From assembly GCA_026025795.1 (NCBI GenBank), contig JAPEUG010000017.1, forward strand, positions 1 to 64,000: a DNA stretch of 64,000 nucleotides. Direction: 5' to 3'. A model generated the notes under the pieces. The model was not told where the DNA came from. It worked only from the letters and a program-made list of their open reading frames with translations, and ran no database searches. Shown here one piece after another: positions 27,723 through 39,333 of the stretch (position 1 is its first letter; each line of letters opens with the position of its first letter). This DNA comes from Thelocarpon superellum. Lineage: Eukaryota. Both the position numbers and the translations under genes were made by a program.

Positions 27723-30700
27723 GTCGGTAGCGTGGGCGGCGGCCGGGGAGTTGCGTTGACGCGGGGATGGCGAGAGATGGCGACGACAGTCGTGGCAACG
27801 ACGAGGTGCGCGGTGGAGTCCGATGAGGTGGAGAGCAGATCGACACGGCCGCAGCGATCAGCGGTTTTGCCGGTGTGCGGCGACGAGTGCCGAGGACGAT
27901 GCCGCGGCGGAGGTGCGGGAGATGGTCAGGCGAGGGTGACGACGCAGGCGCGGCTGGGCGAGGCGGGATCGCGTGGGTGGGAGGCGAAGGTGCGACGAGA
28001 TGAAACCAGCCAAGTCGCTGGGAGTGTCAGGCAAGGACAATGGCAACGATGACGACCCACGACGGGTGCTCGCATTGGTCTCACAAGGTACTACCGGGAT
28101 GGAGGTCGTGGTCGTGTCGATGGTGGACGGGTGAGGTGGGGAGGGACGGGAAGACGGGAAGGGGCGCGGATGGCGGGGTCGCGGCGAGGATGGAACGCGG
28201 GCTGGCGGGGGGGTTTATGAAGTTTTTTGGATGGCACGGGAGGCCGACGAAGGATCCGCTCCGAATTGAGAACGCGGCCGAGGGTTGGGAGGAGGGTGGC
28301 GCGTGCGATGTGGAGAAGGGCGACGCCAAACTGGCGGCCGGCGCGTCCACGGATGAGGATGGGTCTGGAGGCCGGGGCGAGGATGGTGAGCACAGAGCGT
28401 CCTGATGCGGATTTCCTTTCGCCAGCCTCTGGACGGCATCGCGTATACGCAGCGACGACGGGCCCCCTCTCGCCGGAAGTCCTCCGTAGGAAATGGCCTT
28501 AGTCCGCGACCTAGGTTCTTCGTTCGTTCGCCATTTTCGCCCCGTAGATTAGGTGCTGTTCTGATCGAGCGCGCCAGCGAGCGGGCTGCCGCAACGACGG
28601 GGCGGAGGATCGGGTCTAGTCAGGATGACTACCCTTCCCTAGCGGGGCAGAGGTAGCGAGTCGTCCTGGGAGGTTGCGCCCCGCCGACCATCTTAGACTT
28701 CGTCAGGTACTTTACCACGCCCTCACCATCGGCAGGCATCTCGAACTAGCTGTTGGGCAACCGAGCAAAGCGTCAAGATGGGAGCGGACCTCGAGATCGG
28801 ATAGAACGAGCCCGCGAGGCGACTGACTCTGTCGTAGACGACATGCCGCGACGCCTGCCGATGGCGGCGCCGTCCCCTCGGAAGCGATTTATCCTTCTGA
28901 TCCTCCGATGATCTAGATGCATCCCACCGCGGCCCCATGGCCCCGACGTCCAGGCTCTGTGGCTTCTCCCGGAGCGATCGCATAGCGTGGCACTGAATCC
29001 AGACAGCAGATGACGTTAGGACCAGAACGGCGAACTGGGAGGGCGAGAGATGGTGGTGAAGCTACGATATTGGCGGGTCGTGGAACGAATGGACTAGGGG
29101 ACAAGACGCCGGCCGGACCATGCTTCTGGCCCTCGGTGGGCGTGGTGATGGCGTAGGCGGACGCGATGATGATGGTGTGGTCGCTCCGTCTAGCCTTACC
29201 GATTGATGAGCAGGACAATGGCTATGGATACGATTGCGGCAATAGATGCATCGCTGCTCAACGAGCGTAGCCGCGAGAGACCGTGTCGTTAGTTACTTGC
29301 TTTGGGAGGGGAGGGGAGGGGAGGGAGTTGACGGTCGACGCCGAAAGACGCACGATGCGGTGCCTGGCGTCGAGCTGGCAGTGGTTGCGGCTGCGGCAGC
29401 GACAGCGGCAGCGTCATTCCGGTTGGACCCTCCTTCGTTCCTCGTGTTTCTCGTTACTCATCACGTTGCACAAAAGCGCGTTGGACGCCAACGCCAACGC
29501 CAACGCCAACGCCACCGTCATTCAGACGCGGAAGCCAAACAGAACTGCCACGGGCGTGCTAGGCCGGTCATGCCTAGCCGTCGCTAAGGCATCCCCGGCA
29601 GGTTCCCCACAAATCAAGGCCGTCCCTTCTGCTGCTCCGGGTCAAGGCCAACAGCCAATGGCGCGGCGCAAGACGTCCTCACGGACGGTCAGGACCACCG
29701 CGACCTCGGAGGTATAACAAATTGATTTTCATATCGTCATGTCGCCCCGCGCCAGTACTGGAGATTATTGAGGCATGCAATGCTCCGAGATGACGCCACG
29801 CACATCCATGCGAACGCGGAGGGCGCCGGAGCCGCTCGACCCAACCAACAACGTACGGATATTTGCCTCGCCCCCTCCCCCCCTTTCCTTTGTTTGCTCT
29901 TCATTCGCCCTCGTGGCGATGGCGACAACGCCGGCCGCCGCGGCGCAGGCCTGGGCGGGTCGGCGCGGGGCCTGGCCGAGCCATCTGGCCGGTCCGGGAC
30001 GACTGGGCGCGCGGCGGATGGCGTCGGGAGGGGTGAGCCGTGGCGTTGGGAAGAGCCATCGCGGGCGATCACCCGGTCGTCGCTACCGACACACGCTTGT
30101 GCAAGGGCAAAACATCGGAAGTGGTTGAGAAGGGTGGCGTGTTGGTGTCGTGTCACTGCTTACACTGACGCTCAGACTGTTGTTGTGACAGGGCCGAAAG
30201 CCAAACGGACTCCTAGTAGGATGAAGCCGAGCAGGCGCGTCATGCAGCAGGCGCTGGGCGGGCCCAAGTGACGTCGGTGTGCACTGGGCCTGACCGGCTC
30301 ATGTACCTAGGACGAGCACGGGGACCGCACGTTGGGAGAGAAGCTGTAAAGTCGTACCAGACTAAACGATGACTACTAGTAGTAGTCGTCGTCTCGCTCT
30401 TGTACGACCAGTCTACCTCATCTTCCGCCGGCCAGCAGGCGAGGGTCACGGTACGGGCCTGGTACTCGTTTCACGCCGCTGTGCGGCTTTTACCGGGGAG
30501 CATCGCGAGCAAGGCCAGGCCAGTTGAGCGTAAGGGCCAGGGCACGACGCCGTTTTCATCGTCGCGCCTGCCAAGCGAAGCTGGGAGACATGCCCCACCT
30601 GGACGGCGTGATGGAAGCCGGTGCGCCACCCTTTCGTCTCTGCACTTGGCCTGCCGCTCGTGCCCGTCCTCCTACAGGGCCTACCTGGCAGCACCCAACG

Positions 30701-32706
30701 AGCGCGAGCGCGAGCTCGAGGCCGGTGACCGGCCAGTCAGCGCTGCCTCGCCGAACCATGCAGGGAGGCGTCTTTGTCTCTCGGGTGTACCCGATCCCCA
30801 CATTCCCATTCTTCCTGAGGACGCTGAACCAGGATCGGGACGAAACTCTTTCCTTCGTTACCCGACGCCAGGGCCACTTGCGAGGGGTACCAAACACAAG
30901 TACCGCAGCGCCCATGTCCTGTGGCCCGGCGCGCAGCACGTCGCCCACCCGTCGGCACGACGTTAAGCCCAAGCCGGCAGCGCACGACGATGGACTCATC
31001 ATCCCGATGGGCTGCTGGCCAGGCGGGGCGAAAAGCATGGAAGAAAGCATACCCAAAAGCATAATGGATCGTGCGCCACATTGTCGACGATAAACCTCGC
31101 TCGACGCCAATGGGCGGTAGACGAGATCACTCGCAGCACGATGGCTGATGCATCTGGTATAGTAGGCATGCGGAGGTAGATAGTCGTACCGCGTGCCCGA
31201 TGGGCTAGGCTCGGCACCCGAGCCGGCCTGTCTCTCTGCGGAAGCTGCAATGGGCCCGCCCAATGGACGACCGGCGATGCGGGCGACGTCGAGACGCTCG
31301 ACACGTGCACCTGCAGCCATCTCCTTCAGACCAGTCCATTTCCGTCGCTCGATAGCCTCGATCGGCGTCTCGTTCGGAAGTAGGCGGGCCGCCAGAAGAC
31401 GAGATTGACGTCTAGAAGCTGCATTAGCCCCGTCGGTCGACGCCGCCGCCCCGCCTGACGCCCCGCCGACGCCCTGTTTCAAAACCTGAGACTCGGCCGG
31501 ACGACTTTGTCGGTGGTGGTGGGTCCGCCGGAAATGGTAACGACAGACGATAGACCGCCTCGAGGACGTGCTGGAATGGGACGAGACGCGTGGCAACCCA
31601 GCCGGCCGGGTTGGGGCTGAACCTGGTGCTTAGCCGGAAGGGTCGTGGTGGCGGCGTCCTGGGTGGGTGGGGAGGGTGGCCGGTCGATGGGAGGCGGGCG
31701 TCCAGACTCCTGCCATGCCTGACCCAGCCGCCGTCGCGGGCCTGACCAGGCTGACCAGGGACAGCGGGGCCCAGTCTTTGTCTGGTCCGACAGCGGCCAC
31801 GGCTCCTCCTGACGGCGTCGACCGGGCAGCCCTACATAGACGGCCGCTTTCACGTGTCGGAGCCGGCATTCCCCTTCTTCGCTCGCCCGTCCTCGCCGCC
31901 CCGCGCGCCTGCCATGGACCAGGCATCGATGACAGCAGATCCCGGTCCTACGTCGCCATCGCTCGAATCGAGCGTGGAAAGGGAATAAATTAATTGCTGC
32001 GACTACGGGTACCTCGCTGTGGGAGCCAGTCGGCGTGCAGCAAATAGATTGCACACTTTCCGCCGGCGTCGTCCTACATGCGGGGTGCTTTGGCGCGGGG
32101 CGCCAGTCGAGAGCCGCAGCTTGCGTGAATTTCCTCCGTCCAGCGACCCTGACGAAGGCTCGATGACTACGACGGCGACTAAGACAGGATCGGGAGTGGT
32201 GGGCTCGCGTGGGTCGGCAGATGACTGACAACGCCAGACAGCGCAGACAGCGCAGACAGCGCAGACGACTTCGTCTACTAACCGAAGGTAGACGACGGTA
32301 CCTGCCGTGAAGGAAGGACGGCAGTACGGGTAGTGCCACGACTACTGCAGCCTCTGTCGGAGGCCCGTAGAGCTCTGCCCACTACTGCTTCGCTAACTAT
32401 TCTTCCGTCGCGGTACGCGGACGAGGACGAGGACAAGGGCGAGAACGAGAACGAGGGCGAGTGGAGCCGTTTGGCATCACCTATGCACCTCGTGCAGGAT
32501 GCTGATGACAGCCTGAGGGTGTGACGGCGCGACTGCGCAACAGTGCAGCATCTCGCTTGCGTGTGTCCCCGTCGCCGGACATTCTGTCATCCCATCCCCT
32601 CCCCTCCCATCCCATCCCTGGCCCCATCTTCCATCCGCTGGGGCGCCGGAGCGCTCGGAGTCGTTGAGTCAAGGCTCCCAGGCACCAAGACACGAACGGC
32701 AAGCCT

Positions 32707-34089
32707 ATGGCCGACACTCGCTTTCATGCCCTCGTCACCGGCAGCAATGCGTAAGCCTGACGTGGCCGCTCTCTCTCCCCTCCCCTCTCCGCCCCTCTCT
32801 ACCCCCAATCCAATCGCCGGGCCGCGCTAATAGGGTGACGGGGTAGCGGCCTTGGATTCGCCATCTGTTGTCGGCTCTTGGATGAATTTCTCCTAACCCG
32901 CCCGGCCTCGCATGCCATCACCCTCATCTACACCACCCGAGATGCGCGTAAGGCCAATGACACCACTGCTCGGCTGCGTGCCCACCTGCGTTGCCGGACC
33001 CGTGGCCGCACCCACGACCAGGACGCCCTCTCGTTGCGCGTCCAGCTCCAAGCCGAGATTGTGGACCTCACGTCCCTGGTCTCCGTCGAGGCCTTTGCCC
33101 AGCGTCTGCTCCACTCCGCACCCAAACTCGACGCCGTCATCTTGAACGCTGGGGTCGCAGGGGTGTACGACAACAACTGGCCGCTGGCCTTCTGGACCAT
33201 CGCCATTGGTCCCGTCCAGGCGCTCACGTGGCCCATCTTCAAGCTCGCCTCCATTGGCTCCCTCACCCCTCGACAGCTCCCCGGAAAGGCTACGGACGAG
33301 CCCCCCCTAGGCAACGTTTTTTGCGCCAACGTCTTCGGCCACTATGTGCTGGTTCACCGCCTGGCCTCACGACTCTCTTCGGACAGCGTTTCGCAACCCT
33401 CAGGCCGCATCATCTGGGTCGGGAGCATAGAGCCGCACGACGGGCACTTTAATTTGGCCGACCTGCAAGGACTGACAAGCGACAAAGCCTATGAATCGTC
33501 CAAACGGCTGACCGAGATTCTGGCCCTGACATCCGACCTACCCGGCACCAAGCCGTGGGTGAAGCAATTCCTATCCACGGACTCGGACAGTTTCAGCGCC
33601 AGCGCCAGCGCCAGCCCGCCAAAAGTATACCTCACACACCCAGGCGTCTGTGCAACGGGCATCGTGCCCCTGAACAAGGTTCTGTTCTGTCTCTTCTACT
33701 GTGCGCTGTACTTGGCACGCTGGCTGGGCTCGCCCTGGCACACCATCAAGACGTATTCGGCCGCATGCTCCGCGGTCTGGGTGGCACTGAGTCCCGCCGG
33801 GCAGCTAGACACGCTCAATCCGCCCGGTGCGGGCAGCAAGTGGGGCTCGGCGACGGACACGATGGGTCGGGAGCGGGTGGCGCGCACCCACGTGGAGGGG
33901 TGGGGATACCGCGGCGTGGTGGGCGAGGAGGGCACGGGCGCCAACGCCCGCAGGGGAGGCCGGCGCGCCGGCACCGTCGATCTGACGCCTGAAGCCCGCG
34001 AGGACTTTGAGGTCTTGGGCCGAGAGGCGTGGAAGGCCATGGAGGCGTTGAGGGTGCAGTGGGAAGATCTCTTGCAAACGCACCAGTAA
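32707..34089 (+). CDS. ERG27: 3-keto-steroid reductase (SDR family), exons 32707-32750 and 32847-34089
   Basis: Splicing (GTAAGC..GCTAAT..TAG) restores the Rossmann motif LVTGSNA-GLGFAICCRL. Also LNAG, VFCANVFGHY, DLQG...YESSKRL, HPGVCAT and ARWLGSPWH. Confidence 0.92.
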
Positions 34090-34665
34090 CCATATGGTGG
34101 TGTTGTTGTAATATCAGAGGGCGAAGATATGACGGTGGAAGGAGATGAATGATATGTGTTGCTGGGGGAGGAAGATAGGGGCAACTTGGACAAGCCCAGT
34201 GCAGTCCACTGAACTTCATTACAGACCACTGTCATCACTGGACTACGAATGGTAGAACACCAGATCAGATTGATCAAAGCTATGTATAGATGAGGATATC
34301 CCCCTTCTTCCTTCTCCCTTTCTCCATTCCCACGTCCCATCTTTCCCTCTGAAAGAGTACGTTGCGTGCGGCTACCACCAGGATCAAAACAGGCCCATGG
34401 CAAATCGCACGGGATGGCATGGCACAGCATGACCGGGCAAAGGGACTGCAAAGTCGCTGTCGACACCGCTAACATATGCAAGGTACCGAGCGCAAGATGG
34501 AGGTTTAAAAGCAGCGCGAAGAAATGTGAAGCAAGGATGGCAATAGAATTAAAGAGGTAGGAGTGAAAGGGAGAGGAGAAAGAGGGAGGTCCAGAGGGAT
34601 GGCAGGGCCGGTCCGAGACTCGAATCAAAGCGTATAGCTGGCGCTGGCGCTGCTGGTAACAACGA

Positions 34666-37600
34666 TCAAAAACGTCCGCCAATGGCTCCGAATCCGCCAT
34701 GGTCATAGATCTCCGGCAGCTCGGCGACGCGAAGGCGTGCGATGTGGTCGATAGCCGATTGCGGCATGGGTTCAGGCTGGGCACTGACGGTGCCTGAGGC
34801 CAATTTGCTGCCCCTGAGAGAGCGAGAGGGGGACGCCGGCGCCGATAGCGCACGCTTCCACCGCGCTCCGTATTCCCACGTTGTGCCGCCGCCGCTGCTG
34901 CTGCTGCTGCTGCCGCCACTGCCCGAGGCGCTGTGCGCACTGCGTGTTGAGCTTGCGTTGCCGGATCCAGGCAGGGCGGTGGCGATGGGGAGGTTGAAGG
35001 TCGTAAGAGGTGGGAGCGGAGGATGGTGGGGTGAGTGAGGGGGACAAGGAGATTGATGGGGTGGATGATGAGGATGAAGAGCCGGAGGAACCAGGGCTGC
35101 GCCCTGACTGTGGCCATGACTGCCGCCGCTGTGGGCACTGCCGAGGCTGCCGTTGCTGCCGCCAAAGGCACCGCGTCGCAGCTTCATCAGCGTGCCTAGC
35201 GACAGCTCGTCTTCCTCCACCGGACCCATCATCCCTGCAATCTGCGCCAGGCCTGGCGCTGGATGGAGAGGGCCGGACGGCGACGCGCCTAGCATCTGCA
35301 GTGACATGAAGGAGTTCCGGTTGCTGTACTCGCTCCGCTCCGTGATGGGCGTAAGGTTGGGCTCGCGGAAGGCGGTCCGACCACTCTGAGTTCGCGTCAG
35401 GCCCTCAGCGTCCCGGCTTCCAAAATAGCCCCCGTGCGCGGCATCGCCTTGATCCCCGCCAACCTGCGCGTAGAAGCCGAACTCTTGCCCGTAGAAGCCA
35501 TCGGAGTCGTTCTCCAGCGCTTCCGCATTGGCCGCGGCGATCATTGGATCATCTTCTGCCCCACCGTACTCGTCGTATCGCGTGTCATAGCCCGCTGACT
35601 TGTTCGGTCCTATCACGTTGGCTTCGTCCTCGTCGTAGAAGCCATCATCCTCGTAGAAGCCGATCCGCTCGCTCTGGGGAGGTGGTGGCCTTGGATCCTC
35701 AGGTGAGAGAGCCGGCGAGGTCCCCGGTGCGGAATCCGACGACCGCGCAAATTTCCCGTCCGCGGCGGCCGCGTTGGCCGCGCGAGCGAGAGCGTGGTGG
35801 TAGGCGTCGAGGTTGTCTTGCGTCAGGGCCGAAGACGACTGGATGCCCGTGCTCTGCTCGTGTAGGCGGATGTATGGCAAGCGTGCCGGATCGGCCAGGC
35901 GAACGTTTCCGGGAGGAATGGCCATCGACGGCAGATGCAACTCGTCCACCTTCTCCCTCTGCCGGGTCAGCATGCTGTCGCCATCGCCTTCGCTATCCGT
36001 TCGGACCATCACATCCGTCACGGAGGGGATGTGCACGTTGTCGAGATGATATACCGGAGGCGTCGGACTATTTCCCAATGTCGTCGCCCGCGTCAAATGT
36101 TCATCGTCAAAGACAGACTCGTCAAAGTCCTGCGTCGCGTCGGCCTCGGGATCGTCGATGGCGCCGTCGTGGAAGTACAAGTCATCGTCGTCTTGAACCG
36201 CCCGGGGCACGGGTAGATGGGAAGCCATGTCGATCCCGACGACACCAAGGCCGCTGGGGATCATGCTATCTGCGTCCTCCACCGGCGGTGATGGCGTGGT
36301 CGGTGACAGTATCGTCGGGTCGCGGAGTAATCCTGGTGACTCCTTGGACAATGCATAGCCAATCGGTCGACCCTCCGGATCTCGCGGGGTGGGAAGGGCG
36401 TCATTGCGCGTATAGGTCGGACTGGTTATAGCGCTGGACGTTGGCATGCTGATGGGTTGGAAATCGAACGGGGAGGTAGGCAAATGCACCACCGTCTCCT
36501 GCACTTCGCCGGCTGGGGGGAACAGCGACACGGATAGGCCCTCCATTGGCGGCGCGATATCATCGTCCTCTTCTGCGTCCGCGTTGACGCCTGGTATTCG
36601 CTCTTCAAACCCGCCATCATCCGCGAAGCCATCATAGTCGTCCACGTAACCGTCATCCGATCCCGACACATCAGCCCACTCGTCCGTGTGGTGGGTCCTG
36701 GGGGTCTTGGTCATGACGGACTTGTGCTTCTCCTCCAAGAGCTTCTCCTGCGTCTCGGAGGTTTGGTTGCCCATGTCGAAGCTGAAGCGGGACGAGGTGC
36801 TAGTGAGGTGTTTCGGTAAGCCGGCGGGGTGGAAAGCGGCCGCGTCGACCTCATGGTGAGAGGGTTGCCGCGATCCTCCGAATGCGTCGGTTGCGAGACC
36901 ATGCTCCGCCGTCGCTGATAGAGAGTCCTGCAGGTGGTCGGCGCTCTTTGAGATTCGATGCATCTTGACAACCTCCTGCTTCGATCGAGGGGCCAGGTCC
37001 GACGAGGATGGTAAGTGCCTTGCAAAAGGGGGCAGACGGGAACGAGTCACGCTCGGGTCACGCTCCACGGGTGGTGCACCGGCCTTCGGCGGGACCCGAG
37101 GACGGTCGACCTCGAAGTTCTCGGTGAAGGCCGGCTGGTATTCCCTCTCGGCGCTCCTCGACCTCTCGCCAGCGCCGGTCGCCGCCGCTCCACCAGCGGA
37201 TGATTGAGTCCCAAGGGAGGATGCCACCATCCGCTGTCGCGACTCCTCTCGTAGCACCGCACTGACTTCTCCGTAGGACGCATTACTGGTGGGCCGCGGT
37301 GTAGTGAAATCATGCACGCCGGTGCCTCGAATTCTCGGGTCGTAATCGTCCGGCATCTTCATCGCCGGGATGGTCCACTTGTTGGCCATGTAGTGTTCAG
37401 GCGCGTGATGTGGGGGCTGTGACGCGCGTCGGCGGGAGAGGAGCGACATTGGGTTCAACATGTTCAGCCGCGACTTGACTGGTCGTAGCTGCGGCCGGTC
37501 CGTGGGGACCAGCCTGGGTACGATGACTTCCGCGGCCGGCGCTGGAGCGAGGTGTGAGGGGCGTATTCTATAGCTAGGGTCCGGCGTCGACGCCAGATTC

Positions 37601-38070
37601 GACGCCGAAAGGCCTCCGTAGGTGAAAGTCCTCTTCGGCCGTTCCGGGGGATGGGTTTTCGCCATGGTCGCGGTCCCGTCCGACGCGATCGGCGGGTTTT
37701 CATGCTGCACCATCGGCCATGTCGCCGATGGTTGCAGACGTTCCGGGGACGCCTTGTCACTCCCGACGCTGCCCACGAGGACCGCCTCGTTCTGTCCTTG
37801 CGACCCGGGCCGCCACGCCGAGGGGTCATACCGCGACGCGACACATGGAATCGGAGGTAAGCTGGGCGCGACAGGCGAGACGGGCGAGCTCGAGTGGTAG
37901 TCTTCATAATCCGGGGCTCGGAGGGGTGGGAGGGACGAGGGCTTCGACCGCGATGCAGCGAATGACTCCGAGGGATGTGGCGGGGGCGATATGGGCGACA
38001 CGGTCGACGGCCCCAACACCTGGCTGGTGCCGGAGGACTCGCGCCGGTGATGGCGCAGGTAGGAGAACAT
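34666..38070 (-). CDS. Large uncharacterised, largely disordered protein (about 1134 aa)
   Basis: Long ORF with conserved-looking blocks LNMLNPMSLLSRRR, PDDYDPRIRGTGVHDF, SRFSFDM...EKLLEEKH, GFEERIPGVNAD, IAAANAEALEND.DGFYGQEFGFY, REPNLTPITERSEYSNRNS and LMKLRRGAFGGSNGSL. Confidence 0.8.
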   Translation of the reverse strand: MFSYLRHHRRESSGTSQVLGPSTVSPISPPPHPSESFAASRSKPSSLPPLRAPDYEDYHSSSPVSPVAPSLPPIPCVASRYDPSAWRPGSQGQNEAVLVGSVGSDKASPERLQPSATWPMVQHENPPIASDGTATMAKTHPPERPKRTFTYGGLSASNLASTPDPSYRIRPSHLAPAPAAEVIVPRLVPTDRPQLRPVKSRLNMLNPMSLLSRRRASQPPHHAPEHYMANKWTIPAMKMPDDYDPRIRGTGVHDFTTPRPTSNASYGEVSAVLREESRQRMVASSLGTQSSAGGAAATGAGERSRSAEREYQPAFTENFEVDRPRVPPKAGAPPVERDPSVTRSRLPPFARHLPSSSDLAPRSKQEVVKMHRISKSADHLQDSLSATAEHGLATDAFGGSRQPSHHEVDAAAFHPAGLPKHLTSTSSRFSFDMGNQTSETQEKLLEEKHKSVMTKTPRTHHTDEWADVSGSDDGYVDDYDGFADDGGFEERIPGVNADAEEDDDIAPPMEGLSVSLFPPAGEVQETVVHLPTSPFDFQPISMPTSSAITSPTYTRNDALPTPRDPEGRPIGYALSKESPGLLRDPTILSPTTPSPPVEDADSMIPSGLGVVGIDMASHLPVPRAVQDDDDLYFHDGAIDDPEADATQDFDESVFDDEHLTRATTLGNSPTPPVYHLDNVHIPSVTDVMVRTDSEGDGDSMLTRQREKVDELHLPSMAIPPGNVRLADPARLPYIRLHEQSTGIQSSSALTQDNLDAYHHALARAANAAAADGKFARSSDSAPGTSPALSPEDPRPPPPQSERIGFYEDDGFYDEDEANVIGPNKSAGYDTRYDEYGGAEDDPMIAAANAEALENDSDGFYGQEFGFYAQVGGDQGDAAHGGYFGSRDAEGLTRTQSGRTAFREPNLTPITERSEYSNRNSFMSLQMLGASPSGPLHPAPGLAQIAGMMGPVEEDELSLGTLMKLRRGAFGGSNGSLGSAHSGGSHGHSQGAALVPPALHPHHPPHQSPCPPHSPHHPPLPPLTTFNLPIATALPGSGNASSTRSAHSASGSGGSSSSSSGGGTTWEYGARWKRALSAPASPSRSLRGSKLASGTVSAQPEPMPQSAIDHIARLRVAELPEIYDHGGFGAIGGRF

Positions 38071-39333
38071 GGTCCCAGCGCGCATCCATCCAAGATGCGT
38101 CTGGCTTGCGTCCCACCGGTCAGCGTGCGCGACTCAATTGATCAGGCAGTCGTGTGCATAGCGAAGGAGAACGCGCCGCCATAGTCGGGTCGAGGGTGAA
38201 GGGGCGTGGTGTCTTCGGCGGTCCCGCGAGGGGCGCTGGTCGCAGCCGCAGTCCGGGGTCGACTATGAGCCACGATCGGTGGTCGTGACGCAGCAGTCGG
38301 CACTGGAGAAGGCCGCCGGGGACATGATCGGATTGAGCGCCTGCAGAAGGATGAACGAGTGAGTCCCGGTGGACCTTACTGGTGAACGGGGCCGTAGGGA
38401 GCTTGGATCATACAAGTGTGGTGTTCCGTCGTTACCGTCATGTGGAAACCCAGCAGTTACGGCTCAAGCCCGGGAAGTTCGGCCGGGGTGACGGACGGAG
38501 TAGGGATGATGGGGTTGGCGGGGCACATAGGCGAATTGACGTTGACCAAGAAATGGGTAGGGACCACGGGCGTGCGGTGGCGTCTCGACGGAGGCACGAG
38601 GTCCGGCCGCTACCAGCCAGTAGCATGAGTATGGCGAGTCTCTTACGGGAAGTGGGTGGAGACCGAAGTCCTCCACAATGGCACGGAGTAAGACCGCGAC
38701 ACTGTGACGGATGGCGTGGCCACTACCGGTAGGACCAGCGTCGTGCAATCAAAGGCGACATGGATCCCCGGTTTCCCATCAAAAGTTATCGGACAGGCAG
38801 TCACGAGTAGACCGAGAAGAAGGGTCGGACTACTTGTGGCAAGGCACCATTAATGGCTGGACGAACGCTGGTGTCAGGCGTGTCTGGGATCTTAGCTTCG
38901 GTCGGGGTCTAAAATTACACCACCACTAACCCAGAGCCAACACATCGGGCCGATCTTTAGCTACGCCAAACTGGACGACGACGCCAGCGTCCATGACTGG
39001 TGACTTTGCTCCAGCACACGTGGAGTCTTGACTTGCGTCTGAACACGTCTCATATTCCCCTCGGAGCTGAGCAGATCGACCACGACTGAGGCTTGGGACA
39101 CGCTCGTCGCCTCGACCATGTTGATGGGACATGAAGCGTCGTCATCGAGAGTCTCCAAGCACCAGACAGCCCTGGCACAATGGGTCGCACTGCTGCACAT
39201 CTTATACCAGTAGTATAGAACCATTCTGAGCTAAGAAAGGTACCCCAAGACTACGATTCTTGACCGATGATTCATAAGTTCACTGGTGGCTAACCCTCCT
39301 GGCTCATACTCCGGGTATGGTCGAGATGCATCG

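Noticed and set aside
30556..32339. 346-aa and 286-aa minus-strand ORFs
   Set aside because: Arg/Ala/Pro-rich low-information translations typical of GC-rich non-coding DNA.
33696..35171. 491-aa minus-strand ORF
   Set aside because: It overlaps ERG27 antisense and an alternative frame of the 1134-aa gene, and has no protein-like motifs.
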